From contig NZ_CM001976.1 in NCBI RefSeq assembly GCF_000406145.1, positions 2,072,161-2,104,160 of the forward strand: a DNA stretch of 32,000 bases. The letters run 5' to 3'. Below the pieces are notes generated by a model. That model saw nothing but the letters and a program-made list of their open reading frames with translations, searched no databases and was not told where the DNA came from. A program made the position numbers and the translations under genes. Each line of letters begins with the position of its first letter. The stretch's first letter is position 1. Below are positions 1-11,103 of the stretch, one piece after another. The stretch comes from Dickeya dadantii NCPPB 898. Lineage in GTDB: Bacteria; Pseudomonadota; Gammaproteobacteria; Enterobacterales; Enterobacteriaceae.

Positions 1-30
1 TGCACCGGCTTGCCGGTGCATTCTGTTTTA
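1..30 (+). terminator. Rho-independent terminator of an off-window upstream gene
   Basis: Stem-loop TGCACCGG-cttg-CCGGTGCA (1-20) is followed by T-rich TTCTGTTTTA. The 20-nt stem-loop is identical to 4595-4614, which follows the second MCP gene. Confidence 0.6.
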
Positions 31-468
31 TGGCGATGGTGGCAGGTTTTTATCCGGGTGGTTGCCGCTGGGATGATTACCCGGGACTCAATAACTAAGG
101 GAATTAAAAAATAAACAAGGCTGAAATGAAATAACGTGATCCTGGTCAGCTTTACCTTTTTATTTTAAGGCTCACTTAATTTTCAATCGGTAGTATTAAC
201 GATGAAGACACATTGAACGTGTTGCCGGTTATGAAAGAGAAACGGGTCGCTAAAAAGGAATGCGGTTTATTTAACCGCTATCTATGCCGGAATAAAAATA
301 TTGTTATTACATTGTTGAAAATAATTTATTGAGCCAGGGTTTTTCTTGTCACAAGGCGCAGCAGGTGCACAGTGGTGATCGATGCACTATTTACACTGGG
401 GAATACCAACCGCAGGTGGCTATGACTAAGCAAGCGCTGAATGCGCGACTAATTATCCGGAGCCTGTT

Positions 469-2130
469 ATGAATATCTTAAGACACATCACTGTCAGAAG
501 AATGCTGTTAATTATCCTGACACTGTTTACCGTTATCTGGGGAATGGCATCCATTTTTACTCTGAACTCATTCAGCAGCATGAGTGATTTGCTGAATGAC
601 AACATGGCACAAAAGAAGAGTTACTCGACGCTGGTCAAAGGCAACGATCAATATTTCCGTGCGGTAACCCGGATGTTGCGTGCGGTGGATTACCTGCAGA
701 CCGGCGATGCCGACAATGCGCAGAAAACCCTGAGCTCAGCCGCCAGCGCACTGAAAAATAGCGAAGAAGCGCTGGCACAGTTTAAAAGCAGCGAGCATAT
801 CGGTGTAGACAAAGATGTGGTGCAGCAGATGACCGATGTCTGGGGTCGGCTGCTGCAAAGTGGCGTGGAGCCGATGCTGACGGCGGTTAAAGACGGCCGG
901 ATGGACGATTTCCGCCAACTGTTTCGCAAACAGTATCCGCCGCTGAGCGTGGAATTCGGTGGCGTGGCGGACAAGTACGTGACGGCTATTCAATCCGATG
1001 ATGCCATTATCTCAGCGGAAAAACATATTGCCATCAACAAGGATCTGCTGCTGGTTGCCCTGATTATCGGCGTCATCGTGCTGCTCCTGAGCGACCGTTA
1101 TCTGGTCAACTATCTGGTGAAACCGATTGGTCAGATTAAACGCCATCTGGAATTGCTGACCAGCGGCAAACTCGGGGTGGAGCTGGATGAATTCGGCCGC
1201 AACTGCGCCGGCCAACTGATCCCTTACATCCGGGCGATGCAGCACAGCCTGCGCAATACGGTGCAGACTATCCATGCCAGCTCGTCGGTGATTTACACCG
1301 GCACCAGCGAAATCCGCCAGGGTAATGATGAACTGTCGCGCCGTACCGACCAGCAGGCGGCGGCCTTGCAGGAAACCGCCGCCAGCATGGAAGAGCTGAC
1401 CTCGACGGTGAAAAACAACGCCGATAACGTACGTCAGGCGCGGCAGATTTCGGAAGAGGCGCAGCAGATGGCGCGTCAGGGCGGCGACATTACCGATAGC
1501 GTGGTGACCACCATGCAGGGGATTGCCGACAGCTCGCGCAAGATTGCCGATATCACCAGCGTGATTAACGGCATCGCCTTCCAGACCAATATCCTGGCAC
1601 TGAACGCGGCGGTGGAGGCGGCGCGGGCCGGCGAACAGGGTCGCGGTTTCGCGGTGGTGGCCGGGGAAGTGCGCAATCTGGCACAGCGCAGCGCGCAGGC
1701 CGCCAAAGAGATCGAGACGCTGATTGGCGAATCGGTCAGCCGGGTGAGTACCGGCTCTGAACTGGTGCGGGAAGCGGGCAACGCGATGGAAGTGATTATC
1801 TCCTCGGTATCACGGGTACATGACCTGATGGGCGAGATTTCGGCGGCATCTGATGAGCAGAGCCGGGGCATCGCGCAAATCGGTCAGGCGGTGACGGAGA
1901 TGGACGGCGTGACGCAGCAGAACGCGGCGCTGGTGGAGGAAGCCTCGACGGCGGCGGCGTCGCTGGACGATCAGGCGCAGAGTCTGGCGGCGGCGGTGGC
2001 GGCGTTTGACCTGGGCGATACGCCGACGGCGCTGCGCTCCCCGCGTGCTAGCGCTCCGGCGCTGAAGCGACCAGTACTGAAAGCGTCGCTGCCGGCCAGT
2101 TCGTCTCACAGCGACTGGGAAACCTTCTGA
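469..2130 (+). CDS. Methyl-accepting chemotaxis protein, Tar/Tsr-like four-helix-bundle periplasmic sensor (paralog 1, 553 aa)
   Basis: ATG is preceded by GGAG (ccGGAGcctgttATG). The protein has an N-terminal TM helix, a ~160-aa periplasmic domain, a second TM ([15 protein letters not shown]) and a HAMP region. It carries the invariant MCP hairpin-tip block [49 protein letters not shown] and QQ/EE methylation heptads ([20 protein letters not shown]). The C-terminal pentapeptide is DWETF (NWETF-type CheR/CheB tether). Confidence 0.95.
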   Translation: MNILRHITVRRMLLIILTLFTVIWGMASIFTLNSFSSMSDLLNDNMAQKKSYSTLVKGNDQYFRAVTRMLRAVDYLQTGDADNAQKTLSSAASALKNSEEALAQFKSSEHIGVDKDVVQQMTDVWGRLLQSGVEPMLTAVKDGRMDDFRQLFRKQYPPLSVEFGGVADKYVTAIQSDDAIISAEKHIAINKDLLLVALIIGVIVLLLSDRYLVNYLVKPIGQIKRHLELLTSGKLGVELDEFGRNCAGQLIPYIRAMQHSLRNTVQTIHASSSVIYTGTSEIRQGNDELSRRTDQQAAALQETAASMEELTSTVKNNADNVRQARQISEEAQQMARQGGDITDSVVTTMQGIADSSRKIADITSVINGIAFQTNILALNAAVEAARAGEQGRGFAVVAGEVRNLAQRSAQAAKEIETLIGESVSRVSTGSELVREAGNAMEVIISSVSRVHDLMGEISAASDEQSRGIAQIGQAVTEMDGVTQQNAALVEEASTAAASLDDQAQSLAAAVAAFDLGDTPTALRSPRASAPALKRPVLKASLPASSSHSDWETF

Positions 2131-2155
2131 CGCGTTTTTAACCTCTCACGTTATC

Positions 2156-2200
2156 GCCGAAGGCATCGGGTTACCGGTGCCTTCGGCTTACTCCGTTTTA
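2156..2200 (+). terminator. Rho-independent terminator after MCP paralog 1
   Basis: GCCGAAGGCA (2156-2165) pairs with TGCCTTCGGC (2178-2187). It is followed by TTACTCCGTTTTA. Confidence 0.55.
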
Positions 2201-2902
2201 TACCGCTATTCCCTTCTGTCAGCCCGACGCGGGCCATCACGACGATTTGTCGTTATGTTCATTGCTGCACTTTAATAATTCGCTATCGCTTCTATACTCG
2301 ATTGAAACGGTTATCGCGCTGTTTAACATCGTATTCGTTAAATAGCGAACGCCTGTCGTCAACTGCCTTAATGGCGATACACGGCTTGTCTTAACGCACA
2401 TCAGATTAACGCGTATCCGAGTTCTGATGGTCTTTGATACGGGATGGAGAACGGTATAAGTTCTAATAATTTCTGTTGGTGATTATTGCTTTAATTCGGT
2501 AATGGGCGATTAAAATGCCGGAACGGAATTGAAAGGGGGTGATCCTGGATAGTTTTGTTTGGTTTAGGACCGGATTCTCTTTGTTTTTGTCTTATAGTTT
2601 TAAAGGCACAGTTTTAGAAACGTGAAAACCGTTGAAGGTATTATCGGTCATGGCTGACTAAACAGATCGTTGTCAACGCTGGCGTGTTGTTTTGATTTTT
2701 TCAGTAATCGTTTGTACCAGAAACATCAATGTTATTACTGACACTTTCCCGATAATGTGTGCTGAGTCAGGGGTTTTCTTGTCACGATGCGAAGTGGATA
2801 GCAGTGGTGCGGACGGCGTCTGACTACCGTCGGGGTCAACCAAACGCAGGTGGCTACTATCAAACACGTGCTTAACGCATGATTAATTGTCCGGAGCCTG
2901 TT

Positions 2903-4564
2903 ATGACTTTTTTAAGAAATATTACTGTCAGAAGAATGATGCTGATGATTCTGGCAATGTTTACCGTTATCTGGGGTATCACCTCTATTTATACATTGAA
3001 CTCCTTCAGCAGCATGAACAACCTGCTGGATGACACGATAGATCAAAAGAAAAGTTATTCGAATCTGGTCAAAGGCAACGATCAGTATTTCCGTGCGGTA
3101 ACGCGGATGATGCGGGTGGTGGATTACCGGCAGTCCGGCGATACCGACAATGCGCAGAAAACCCTGACCTCGGCGACCACCGCACTGAAAAATAGCGAAG
3201 AGGCGCTGGCGCAGTTTAGAAGCAGTGAGCATGTTGGCGTGGACGAGGCGCTGGCGAAACAGATGGTTGATGTCTGGGGTCGGCTGCTGCAAAACGGCAT
3301 GGCGCCGATGCTGGCGGCGGTTAACGAAGGCCGGAACGATGATTTTCAGCAGCTTTACCGCCAACAATATATGCCGCTGAGCGTGGAGTTTGGCGATGTG
3401 GCGAACAAATACGTCAACGCCATCCAGTCGGACAATACCATCGTGGCGCTAAAGGCGCATATCACCATCAATAAAAATGTTCTGCTGGCCGCGTTGATTA
3501 TCGGCGTTATCGTGCTGTTCCTGAGCGACCGTTATCTGGTCAACTATCTGGTAAAACCGATTGGTCAGATTAAACGCCATCTGGAATTGCTGACCAGCGG
3601 TAAACTCGGCGTGGAACTGGATGAATTCGGCCGCAACTGCGCCGGCCAGCTGATCCCCTATATCCGGGCGATGCAGCACAGTCTGAGCGACACCGTACAA
3701 ACCATTCATACCAGCTCGTCGGTGATCCATACCGGCACCAGCGAAATCCGCCAGGGCAATGATGAACTGTCGCGCCGTACCGACCAGCAGGCGTCGGCCT
3801 TGCAGGAAACCGCCGCCAGCATGGAAGAGCTGACCTCGACGGTGAAAAACAACGCGGATAACGTGCGCCAGGCGCGGCAGATTTCGGAAGAAGCGCAGCG
3901 GATGGCCCGACAGGGCGGCGACATTACCGACAGCGTGGTATCCACCATGCAGAGTATTTCCGACAGTTCCCGCAAGATTGCCGATATTACTAGCGTGATT
4001 AACGGCATCGCCTTCCAGACCAATATCCTGGCGCTGAACGCGGCGGTGGAGGCGGCGCGGGCCGGCGAGCAGGGTCGCGGTTTCGCGGTGGTGGCCGGGG
4101 AAGTGCGCAATCTGGCGCAGCGCAGCGCGCAGGCCGCCAAAGAGATTGAGTCGCTGATCAGCGAATCGGTCGGCCGGGTGAGTACCGGCTCTGAACTGGT
4201 GCGGGAAGCCGGTAGCGCGATGGAAGTGATCATCTCCTCGGTGTCGCGGGTGCATGACCTGATGGGCGAGATTTCGGCGGCGTCCGAGGAACAGAGCCGG
4301 GGCATCGCGCAAATCGGTCAGGCGGTGACGGAAATGGACGGCGTGACGCAGCAGAACGCGGCGCTGGTGCAGGAAGCCACCACGGCGGCGGCGTCGCTGG
4401 AAGAGCAGGCGCAGAGTCTGGCGGCAGCGGTGACGGCGTTTGATCTGGGCGACAGGCAAAGCGTGCTGATTGCTCCTCGCGCCGCCGTGCCGGCGCTGAA
4501 ACGACCGGCGCTGAAAGCGTCTCTGCCGGCCAGTTCATCCCACGGCGACTGGGAAACGTTCTGA
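2903..4564 (+). CDS. Methyl-accepting chemotaxis protein, Tar/Tsr-like (paralog 2, 553 aa)
   Basis: The ORF track starts at 2879. I chose the ATG at 2903 because it has exactly the same initiation context as paralog 1 (CCGGAGCCTGTTATG) and the N-termini then align ([12 protein letters not shown] vs [12 protein letters not shown]). Domain layout and signalling block match paralog 1, and the protein ends in DWETF. Confidence 0.93.
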   Translation: MTFLRNITVRRMMLMILAMFTVIWGITSIYTLNSFSSMNNLLDDTIDQKKSYSNLVKGNDQYFRAVTRMMRVVDYRQSGDTDNAQKTLTSATTALKNSEEALAQFRSSEHVGVDEALAKQMVDVWGRLLQNGMAPMLAAVNEGRNDDFQQLYRQQYMPLSVEFGDVANKYVNAIQSDNTIVALKAHITINKNVLLAALIIGVIVLFLSDRYLVNYLVKPIGQIKRHLELLTSGKLGVELDEFGRNCAGQLIPYIRAMQHSLSDTVQTIHTSSSVIHTGTSEIRQGNDELSRRTDQQASALQETAASMEELTSTVKNNADNVRQARQISEEAQRMARQGGDITDSVVSTMQSISDSSRKIADITSVINGIAFQTNILALNAAVEAARAGEQGRGFAVVAGEVRNLAQRSAQAAKEIESLISESVGRVSTGSELVREAGSAMEVIISSVSRVHDLMGEISAASEEQSRGIAQIGQAVTEMDGVTQQNAALVQEATTAAASLEEQAQSLAAAVTAFDLGDRQSVLIAPRAAVPALKRPALKASLPASSSHGDWETF

Positions 4565-4593
4565 GGTTTTCCGCGTATCTCGCATTATCCCGA

Positions 4594-4622
4594 ATGCACC
4601 GGCTTGCCGGTGCATTTTTTAT
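4594..4622 (+). terminator. Rho-independent terminator after MCP paralog 2
   Basis: ATGCACCGG-cttg-CCGGTGCAT stem-loop is followed by a T6 run (TTTTTTATTAT). Confidence 0.8.
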
Positions 4623-4930
4623 TATCGCTTCGTTGGATAGATGGGGATTAACGCAGGTTGTCGGCGCGGTTTTTTGATGAATAACTGGGTGAGTCATCTC
4701 ATTTTTTTTACCCTGCCTATACTTGCTGATAATCAGATAACGTACCGCCAGTGACTATCCAGCTTATAAACGCTGGCCGGTGTTATTTCTGGTTTCTCTA
4801 TGCCGCCATACCGACATATTTTGGCAAGAATGGCGCTCTGATATTGATGCACTGCCGTATTAATGGGTGAAGGATGCTCTGCTAATCAGCGAATCGTGGA
4901 AAAACGTCAAATAACGTTCGGGAGTTAACT

Positions 4931-6616
4931 ATGTCTTTTCTAAGAGATATCAGTATAAGAGTGATGATGTTATTTATTATGGGGTTTTTCGTGGTGTTAT
5001 GGGGAGGAGTATCCGGATTCAGCCTTTATTCTTTAAAGCAGGTCACCACATTATTGCACGACAGTTCGATGCAGGGGCGTACCTATACTTATCTGGTTTA
5101 TGGCAATGACCAGTATTTCCGCTCGGTCACCCGTATGGCGCGAGTGATGGATTATTCGCAGTTTAGCGATACCGAGAATGCTAAAAAAACACTGGATTCG
5201 GCACTGATAGCCATCAATAACACGAAAGGCGCGCTGGAGAAATTTAAAGCAGCCGACCAGGTAGGTGTGGATAAAGCGCTGGTAGATAATATGATTACCA
5301 CCTGGTCAGCATTGATCAGTAATGGTATTGATCCTATGTATCGGGCATTGCAAAGCAATAATCTGGATGAATTTCGGCGTGTTTTTCGCACCGTCTATCC
5401 GCCGGCCAGTGTGGCGTTTGGCGAAGTAGCGCAGAAATATGCCGCTGTGGTGACCAACTCGGATTATATTGATACGGTTAATTCTCATAATAGCTGGACC
5501 CGAAATGTATTGATTCTGGCGCTGGTTATTAGCGTGGTGATTTTCCTGGTCAGCGAACGCTACCTGACCAAATATCTGGTTAATCCGATCGCGGTGATCA
5601 AAGCACACCTTGGAAAACTGATCGCCGGTCGACTCGATCAACATCTGGCCGAGTTCGGCCGCAACTGTGCCGGGCGTATTATTCCTGATATCAAGCAATT
5701 GCAGCACAGTCTAAAAGATACTGTGGCGTTGATCAGCAGTACCGCCGAGGCGATTTATCAAGGGGCGACCGAAATCAGGCAGGGCAATAACGATTTATCC
5801 AGCCGTACCGAGCAGCAGGCGTCGGCGCTGCAGGAAACCGCCGCCAGTATGGAACAGCTTAGCTCCACCGTGCAACACAATGCTGAAAACGTACATCAGG
5901 CGACCAAACTGGCTCATGAAGCCACCGATGCGGCGAAACAGGGCGGGAAAATTACCGATAACGTGGTGGAAACCATGGACAGTATTACCGCCAGCTCCCG
6001 CAAGATTGCCGATATTACCTCGGTAATTAACGGTATTGCCTTCCAGACCAATATCCTGGCGCTGAATGCCGCAGTGGAAGCGGCGCGGGCCGGCGAACAG
6101 GGCCGGGGATTCGCGGTGGTGGCGGGAGAGGTGCGCAGTCTGGCGCAGCGTAGCGCGCAGGCGGCCAAAGAGATCGAGGGGTTGATCGCCGAGTCGGTAT
6201 CCCGAGTGGACATTGGCTCATCACAGGTCAAACAGGCGGGTGAAGCGATGGGCACGATTATCACCGCCGTATCGCATGTTAGCGACCTGATTGGCGAGAT
6301 TGCTTCGGCATCGGACGAACAGAGCCGGGGGATTTCGCAAATTGGGCAGGCCGTCAACGAAATGGACGGCGTAACCCAGCAGAATGCCACGTTGGTGCAA
6401 CAGGCGATGGCGGCGATCGCCTCGCTGGAAGAGCAGGCGCAGCAACTGACGAAGGCGGTGGAAGTGTTCCACCTCGGTTCTGAATACCAGACGGCCACCA
6501 ATCGCCCGCGCCCGGCGGGCAATATGGCACTGAAGCGCCCGGCGCTGAGTGGAATGGCTCGCGCGCTGCCGCCTGCCCGCACAGCCAGTGACGAGGGTAG
6601 CTGGGAAAAATTCTGA
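4931..6616 (+). CDS. Methyl-accepting chemotaxis protein, Tar/Tsr-like (paralog 3, 561 aa, more divergent sensor domain)
   Basis: GGAG lies 6 nt upstream of the ATG. The TM-periplasmic-TM-HAMP-signalling architecture matches the other two, with the same conserved tip block. The C-terminal pentapeptide is the variant SWEKF. Confidence 0.95.
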   Translation: MSFLRDISIRVMMLFIMGFFVVLWGGVSGFSLYSLKQVTTLLHDSSMQGRTYTYLVYGNDQYFRSVTRMARVMDYSQFSDTENAKKTLDSALIAINNTKGALEKFKAADQVGVDKALVDNMITTWSALISNGIDPMYRALQSNNLDEFRRVFRTVYPPASVAFGEVAQKYAAVVTNSDYIDTVNSHNSWTRNVLILALVISVVIFLVSERYLTKYLVNPIAVIKAHLGKLIAGRLDQHLAEFGRNCAGRIIPDIKQLQHSLKDTVALISSTAEAIYQGATEIRQGNNDLSSRTEQQASALQETAASMEQLSSTVQHNAENVHQATKLAHEATDAAKQGGKITDNVVETMDSITASSRKIADITSVINGIAFQTNILALNAAVEAARAGEQGRGFAVVAGEVRSLAQRSAQAAKEIEGLIAESVSRVDIGSSQVKQAGEAMGTIITAVSHVSDLIGEIASASDEQSRGISQIGQAVNEMDGVTQQNATLVQQAMAAIASLEEQAQQLTKAVEVFHLGSEYQTATNRPRPAGNMALKRPALSGMARALPPARTASDEGSWEKF

Positions 6617-6627
6617 TCCTGTGCAAT

Positions 6628-6670
6628 CGCCCGCCGTGTTCGTCTCAACGGATACGGCGGGCGTTGTGTT
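6628..6670 (+). terminator. Probable terminator after MCP paralog 3
   Basis: CGCCCGCCG (6628-6636) pairs with CGGCGGGCG (6655-6663), followed by TTGTGTT. The loop is long (18 nt), so confidence is moderate. Confidence 0.45.
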
Positions 6671-6804
6671 AACGGTGGCAAGTTGAACTCTTTTCATCAG
6701 CCATGACGCACAATCACTGGATAATCGTCAGACACTCAATTAGAGTTGTGGCCGGCGTTGGCTCTGGGCAACGTCAGACTGAGAGACACCTGCTGGAGAA
6801 AAAA

Positions 6805-7473
6805 ATGTCGGCTGTATTAACAAAAGAAGCGGCCCTGGTTCACGAGGCGCTGTTGGCGCGTGGCCTGGAAACCCCACTGCGCGGCAAAATGCTGGAAAGT
6901 GAAACCCGTAAGCGCCTCATCGCGGAGCACATGACGGAAATCATGAACCTGCTGAATCTCGATCTGGCAGACGATAGTCTGGCGGAAACCCCCCACCGCA
7001 TCGCCAAAATGTATGTGGAAGAGATCTTTTCCGGTCTGGATTACGCCAATTTCCCGAAAATCACCATTATCGAAAACAAGATGAAAGTGGACGAAATGGT
7101 GACGGTACGCGACATCACCCTGACCAGCACCTGTGAACACCACTTTGTAACTATCGATGGTAAAGCCACAGTGGCGTACATCCCGAAAGAGGGCGTGATC
7201 GGGTTGTCCAAAATCAACCGCATCGTGCAGTTCTTCTCTCAGCGACCGCAGGTGCAGGAGCGTCTGACCCAGCAGATTCTGGTGGCGTTGCAGACGTTGC
7301 TTGGCACCAACAATGTGGCGGTGTCGATTGACGCGGTGCACTATTGCGTCAAGGCGCGCGGCATTCGTGACGCCACCAGCGCCACCACGACCACGTCACT
7401 GGGCGGCCTGTTCAAATCCAGTCAGAATACCCGGCAGGAATTCCTGCGCGCGGTGCGCCACCACCACAACTGA
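6805..7473 (+). CDS. folE: GTP cyclohydrolase I
   Basis: The internal ATG at 6805 has GGAG 8 nt upstream. The product [25 protein letters not shown]...[21 protein letters not shown]...[13 protein letters not shown]...RAVRHHHN is nearly collinear with E. coli FolE as I recall it. The 34 extra codons in the ORF track have no homolog. Confidence 0.95.
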   Translation: MSAVLTKEAALVHEALLARGLETPLRGKMLESETRKRLIAEHMTEIMNLLNLDLADDSLAETPHRIAKMYVEEIFSGLDYANFPKITIIENKMKVDEMVTVRDITLTSTCEHHFVTIDGKATVAYIPKEGVIGLSKINRIVQFFSQRPQVQERLTQQILVALQTLLGTNNVAVSIDAVHYCVKARGIRDATSATTTTSLGGLFKSSQNTRQEFLRAVRHHHN

Positions 7474-7585
7474 TCGGTGTTGTTGGTCGTCTTTTAGCGG
7501 TCGGCGTCGGCCGCCATAAAATCATGGGCATTTGCCGCGCCAGTCACTACAATTCGCTGATACTTCCCTGTATTTGCTGAAAGCC

Positions 7586-8770
7586 ATGTCGTTACCGCCC
7601 CATTCCTCATCCCGTATTCCCATGCTGGACTTTGCCCGCGGCCTGGCGATGCTCGGCATTTTGCTAATGAACGTTGTCTCGTTCGGTTTGCCGCACGCTG
7701 CCTATCTCAACCCGGCGTGGCAGGGGCCGCCTCCGGCTGCCGATGCCTGGGCGTGGGCACTGATGGACATGGTCGCACAGGGAAAATTTCTCACCTTGTT
7801 TGCCCTGCTGTTTGGCGGCGGGCTGCAATTGCTGTTGAAGCGCGGCAAACGCTGGATTCATGCCCGGCTGTTCTGGTTGATGGTATTTGGCTTGTTGCAC
7901 AGTATCTTTCTGTGGGACGGCGACATTTTGCTGGATTATGGCCTGATCGGTCTGGTGTGCTACGGCCTGTTGCGGCACGCCGACAGCACCCGCATGCTGC
8001 TGCGTACCGGCGTGGTGTTGTACCTGATGGGGTTGGCGATGCTGGTGGTGTTGAGCCAGGTGCTGAGCCCGGACGGCGGCAACTTCTGGCAGCCGGGGCC
8101 GGCCGAGGTCACCTATGAAGCCTGGTGGTTGACGCAAGGCGGACCGGAAGCCTGGCACAATCGTCTGTCGCTGCTAAACGAAAGCTTGTTATCGCTGGGT
8201 ATCCAGTATGGCTGGTTGCTGGCCGGGTCGATGCTGATGGGCGCGGCGCTAATGCGCAGCGGCTGGTTGCGGGGGCAGTTCAGCCAGCGGCATTATCGCC
8301 GCGTTGCGTTCTGGCTGCTGCCGTCGGCGCTGCTGATTAACGGACTGGGCGTTATGGCTCAGTGGCAACTGCAGTGGGAATATCGCTGGTGCGGTTTACT
8401 GCTGCAAATCCCGCGGGAGGTGGGGGCGCCGCTACAGGCGATTGCGTATCTGGCGCTGTGCTACGGCTTCTGGCCGACGCTGGCGAACTGGCGGTTGACG
8501 CGCTGGGTTGTCGATGTCGGGCGTATGGCGTTAAGTAGCTATCTGTTGCAGACCCTGATTTGCACCGCGCTGTTCAACCGCCTCGGCTGGTTCATGCAGT
8601 TGGATCGCTGGCAGCTATTGCTGGTGGTGCCGCCGGTATGGCTATGCAATCTGCTGGCGGCGCGCATCTGGCTGGGCGCGTTCCGGCAAGGGCCGCTAGA
8701 GGGGGTATGGCGCTGGCTGACGGCTCGGGTTGCCGGGCCGATTTCGGCACAATCCGCGCACGAACCCTGA
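7586..8770 (+). CDS. yeiB: DUF418-family inner-membrane protein YeiB
   Basis: Polytopic membrane protein with blocks shared with E. coli YeiB: LDFARG..LGILLMN, KFLTLFALLFGGGLQ, WDGDILL.YGL, GRMALSSYLLQTLICT, FRQGPLE. The start is uncertain: ATG 7586 was chosen, ATG 7622 is possible, and the TTG at 7532 in the ORF track is unlikely. Confidence 0.85.
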   Translation: MSLPPHSSSRIPMLDFARGLAMLGILLMNVVSFGLPHAAYLNPAWQGPPPAADAWAWALMDMVAQGKFLTLFALLFGGGLQLLLKRGKRWIHARLFWLMVFGLLHSIFLWDGDILLDYGLIGLVCYGLLRHADSTRMLLRTGVVLYLMGLAMLVVLSQVLSPDGGNFWQPGPAEVTYEAWWLTQGGPEAWHNRLSLLNESLLSLGIQYGWLLAGSMLMGAALMRSGWLRGQFSQRHYRRVAFWLLPSALLINGLGVMAQWQLQWEYRWCGLLLQIPREVGAPLQAIAYLALCYGFWPTLANWRLTRWVVDVGRMALSSYLLQTLICTALFNRLGWFMQLDRWQLLLVVPPVWLCNLLAARIWLGAFRQGPLEGVWRWLTARVAGPISAQSAHEP

Positions 8771-9637
<867 letters not shown>

Positions 9638-9654
9638 TCAGAATAACGGGGGAA

Positions 9655-9688
9655 GGGAAAACACCAGCCGGGTTATCGACCCGACTGG
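9655..9688 (-). terminator. Rho-independent terminator of rimO
   Basis: The minus strand reads CCAGTCGGGT-cgat-AACCCGGCTGG (10-bp stem including one G-U pair) followed by TGTTTTCCC. It begins 12 nt after the rimO stop. Confidence 0.6.
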
Positions 9689-9699
9689 TTTGGACGGAA

Positions 9700-11103
9700 T
9701 CAGACCAGGCTGCCCCACAGGTCGTATTCGTCGGCGTGCTCGATTTTCACGGTAACCAAATCGCCCACGTTGACCCGGTTTTCGCCGTTCAGATAGACCG
9801 CGCCGTCGATTTCCGGCGCATCCGCCATGCTGCGGCCGATAGCGCCTTCTTCGTCGACTTCATCGATCAGCACTTTCAGCTCGCGGCCCACTTTTGCCTG
9901 CAGTCGCTGGCTGGAAATCCGTTGTTGTATCTGCATGAAGCGATGGTAACGCTCTTCTTTTACCTCTTCCGGCACCTGGTCCGGCAGGTCGTTGGCCGCC
10001 GCGCCTTCTACCGGGCTGTAACGGAAGCAGCCTACGCGATCCAACTGCGCTTCCTGCAGGAAATCCAGCAGCATCTGGAAATCTTCTTCGGTTTCGCCGG
10101 GGAAACCGACAATAAACGTAGAACGCAACGTCAGTTCCGGGCAAATCTCGCGCCAGCGTTTGATGCGTTCCAGCGTCCGTTCCACCGCGCCGGGGCGTTT
10201 CATCAGCTTGAGGATTTTCGGGCTGGCATGTTGCAGCGGAATATCCAGATACGGCAGCACCTTGCCGGCCGCCATCAGCGGAATGACGTCGTCCACGTGC
10301 GGATAGGGATAAACATAGTGCAGGCGCACCCACAGCCCCAGCGTCGACAGTTGTTCACACAGGCTGACCATGCTGGTTTTCACCGGCTGACCGTTCCAGA
10401 ACCCGGTGCGGTTTTTGACGTCTGCACCGTAGGCGGAAGTGTCCTGAGAGATGACCAGCAGTTCCTTCACGCCCGCATCCGCCAGCCGTTTGGCTTCATC
10501 CAGCACCGAGCCGATCGGACGGCTGTCCAAATCGCCGCGCATCGACGGAATGATACAGAAAGTGCAATGGTGATCGCAGCCTTCCGAAATTTTCAGATAG
10601 GCGTAGTGGCGCGGCGTCAATTTCACGCCCTGCGCCGGGATCAGGCTGGTGAACGGGTCATGTTCCGGTTTGGGAACATAGTGATGCACATGATTGAGCA
10701 CCTGCTCGTAGCTGTGCGGGCCGGTGATCTCCAGTACGTTGGGGTGCACTTCACGGATCTGATTATCTTTCGCGCCCAGACAGCCGGTCACGATCACCTT
10801 GCCGTTTTCGTTGAGCGCTTCGCCGATCGCTTCCAGCGATTCCTGCACCGCGCTGTCGATGAAACCGCAGGTATTGACGATCACCAGATCGGCGTCATTG
10901 TAGCTTGGCACCACCTGATACCCTTCGGTACGCAGTTCGGTCAGGATGCGCTCCGAATCCACCAGGTTTTTCGGGCAACCGAGGCTGACAAAGCCAATCT
11001 TGCGGGACAGGTCTTTGCCGGCGCCACTGGATTGATCGCTCAGGGCTTTTTGCGGTGCCGACAGCGTGGTGGTCTGGGATGGATCGAAGGTGTTAACAGT
11101 CAT
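9700..11103 (-). CDS. rimO: Ribosomal protein S12 methylthiotransferase (radical SAM)
   Basis: [43 protein letters not shown] and the radical-SAM motif [13 protein letters not shown], plus a TRAM-like C-terminus. It is collinear with E. coli RimO apart from a ~26-aa N-terminal extension. Confidence 0.95.
   Translation of the reverse strand: MTVNTFDPSQTTTLSAPQKALSDQSSGAGKDLSRKIGFVSLGCPKNLVDSERILTELRTEGYQVVPSYNDADLVIVNTCGFIDSAVQESLEAIGEALNENGKVIVTGCLGAKDNQIREVHPNVLEITGPHSYEQVLNHVHHYVPKPEHDPFTSLIPAQGVKLTPRHYAYLKISEGCDHHCTFCIIPSMRGDLDSRPIGSVLDEAKRLADAGVKELLVISQDTSAYGADVKNRTGFWNGQPVKTSMVSLCEQLSTLGLWVRLHYVYPYPHVDDVIPLMAAGKVLPYLDIPLQHASPKILKLMKRPGAVERTLERIKRWREICPELTLRSTFIVGFPGETEEDFQMLLDFLQEAQLDRVGCFRYSPVEGAAANDLPDQVPEEVKEERYHRFMQIQQRISSQRLQAKVGRELKVLIDEVDEEGAIGRSMADAPEIDGAVYLNGENRVNVGDLVTVKIEHADEYDLWGSLV

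Noticed and set aside
286-293. Possible FliA (sigma-28) -10 elements upstream of the MCP genes: GCCGGAAT at 286-293, GCCGGAAC at 2517-2524, CCCGATAA at 2748-2755 and GCCGCCAT at 4802-4809.
   Set aside because: None has a convincing TAAAGTTT-like -35 at 11-nt spacing. The candidates for paralogs 1 and 2 are not at homologous positions in the duplicated upstream regions. The sequence in copy 1 that aligns with CCCGATAA is GAAAATAA. The evidence is too weak to annotate.
2879-2902. N-terminal extensions in the ORF track, at starts 2879, 6703, 7532, 9568, 11228, 13230, 14419, 17533, 22063, 23186, 25017, 25833, 28250 and 30804.
   Set aside because: Several use TTG or other weak starts and lack an SD. 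They translate promoter, terminator or upstream-gene sequence, and they extend beyond the N-termini of the E. coli orthologs. Internal starts with a good SD and homologous N-termini were chosen instead.
4718-4741. TATACT followed by the palindrome CTGAT-a-ATCAG / GATAATCAGATAAC upstream of MCP-3, which looks like a Fur box at first glance.
   Set aside because: Aligned to the 19-bp Fur consensus, only the central 8 nt and one flanking position match (about 9/19). The -35 for the TATACT is poor. It is kept only as an unexplained small palindrome.
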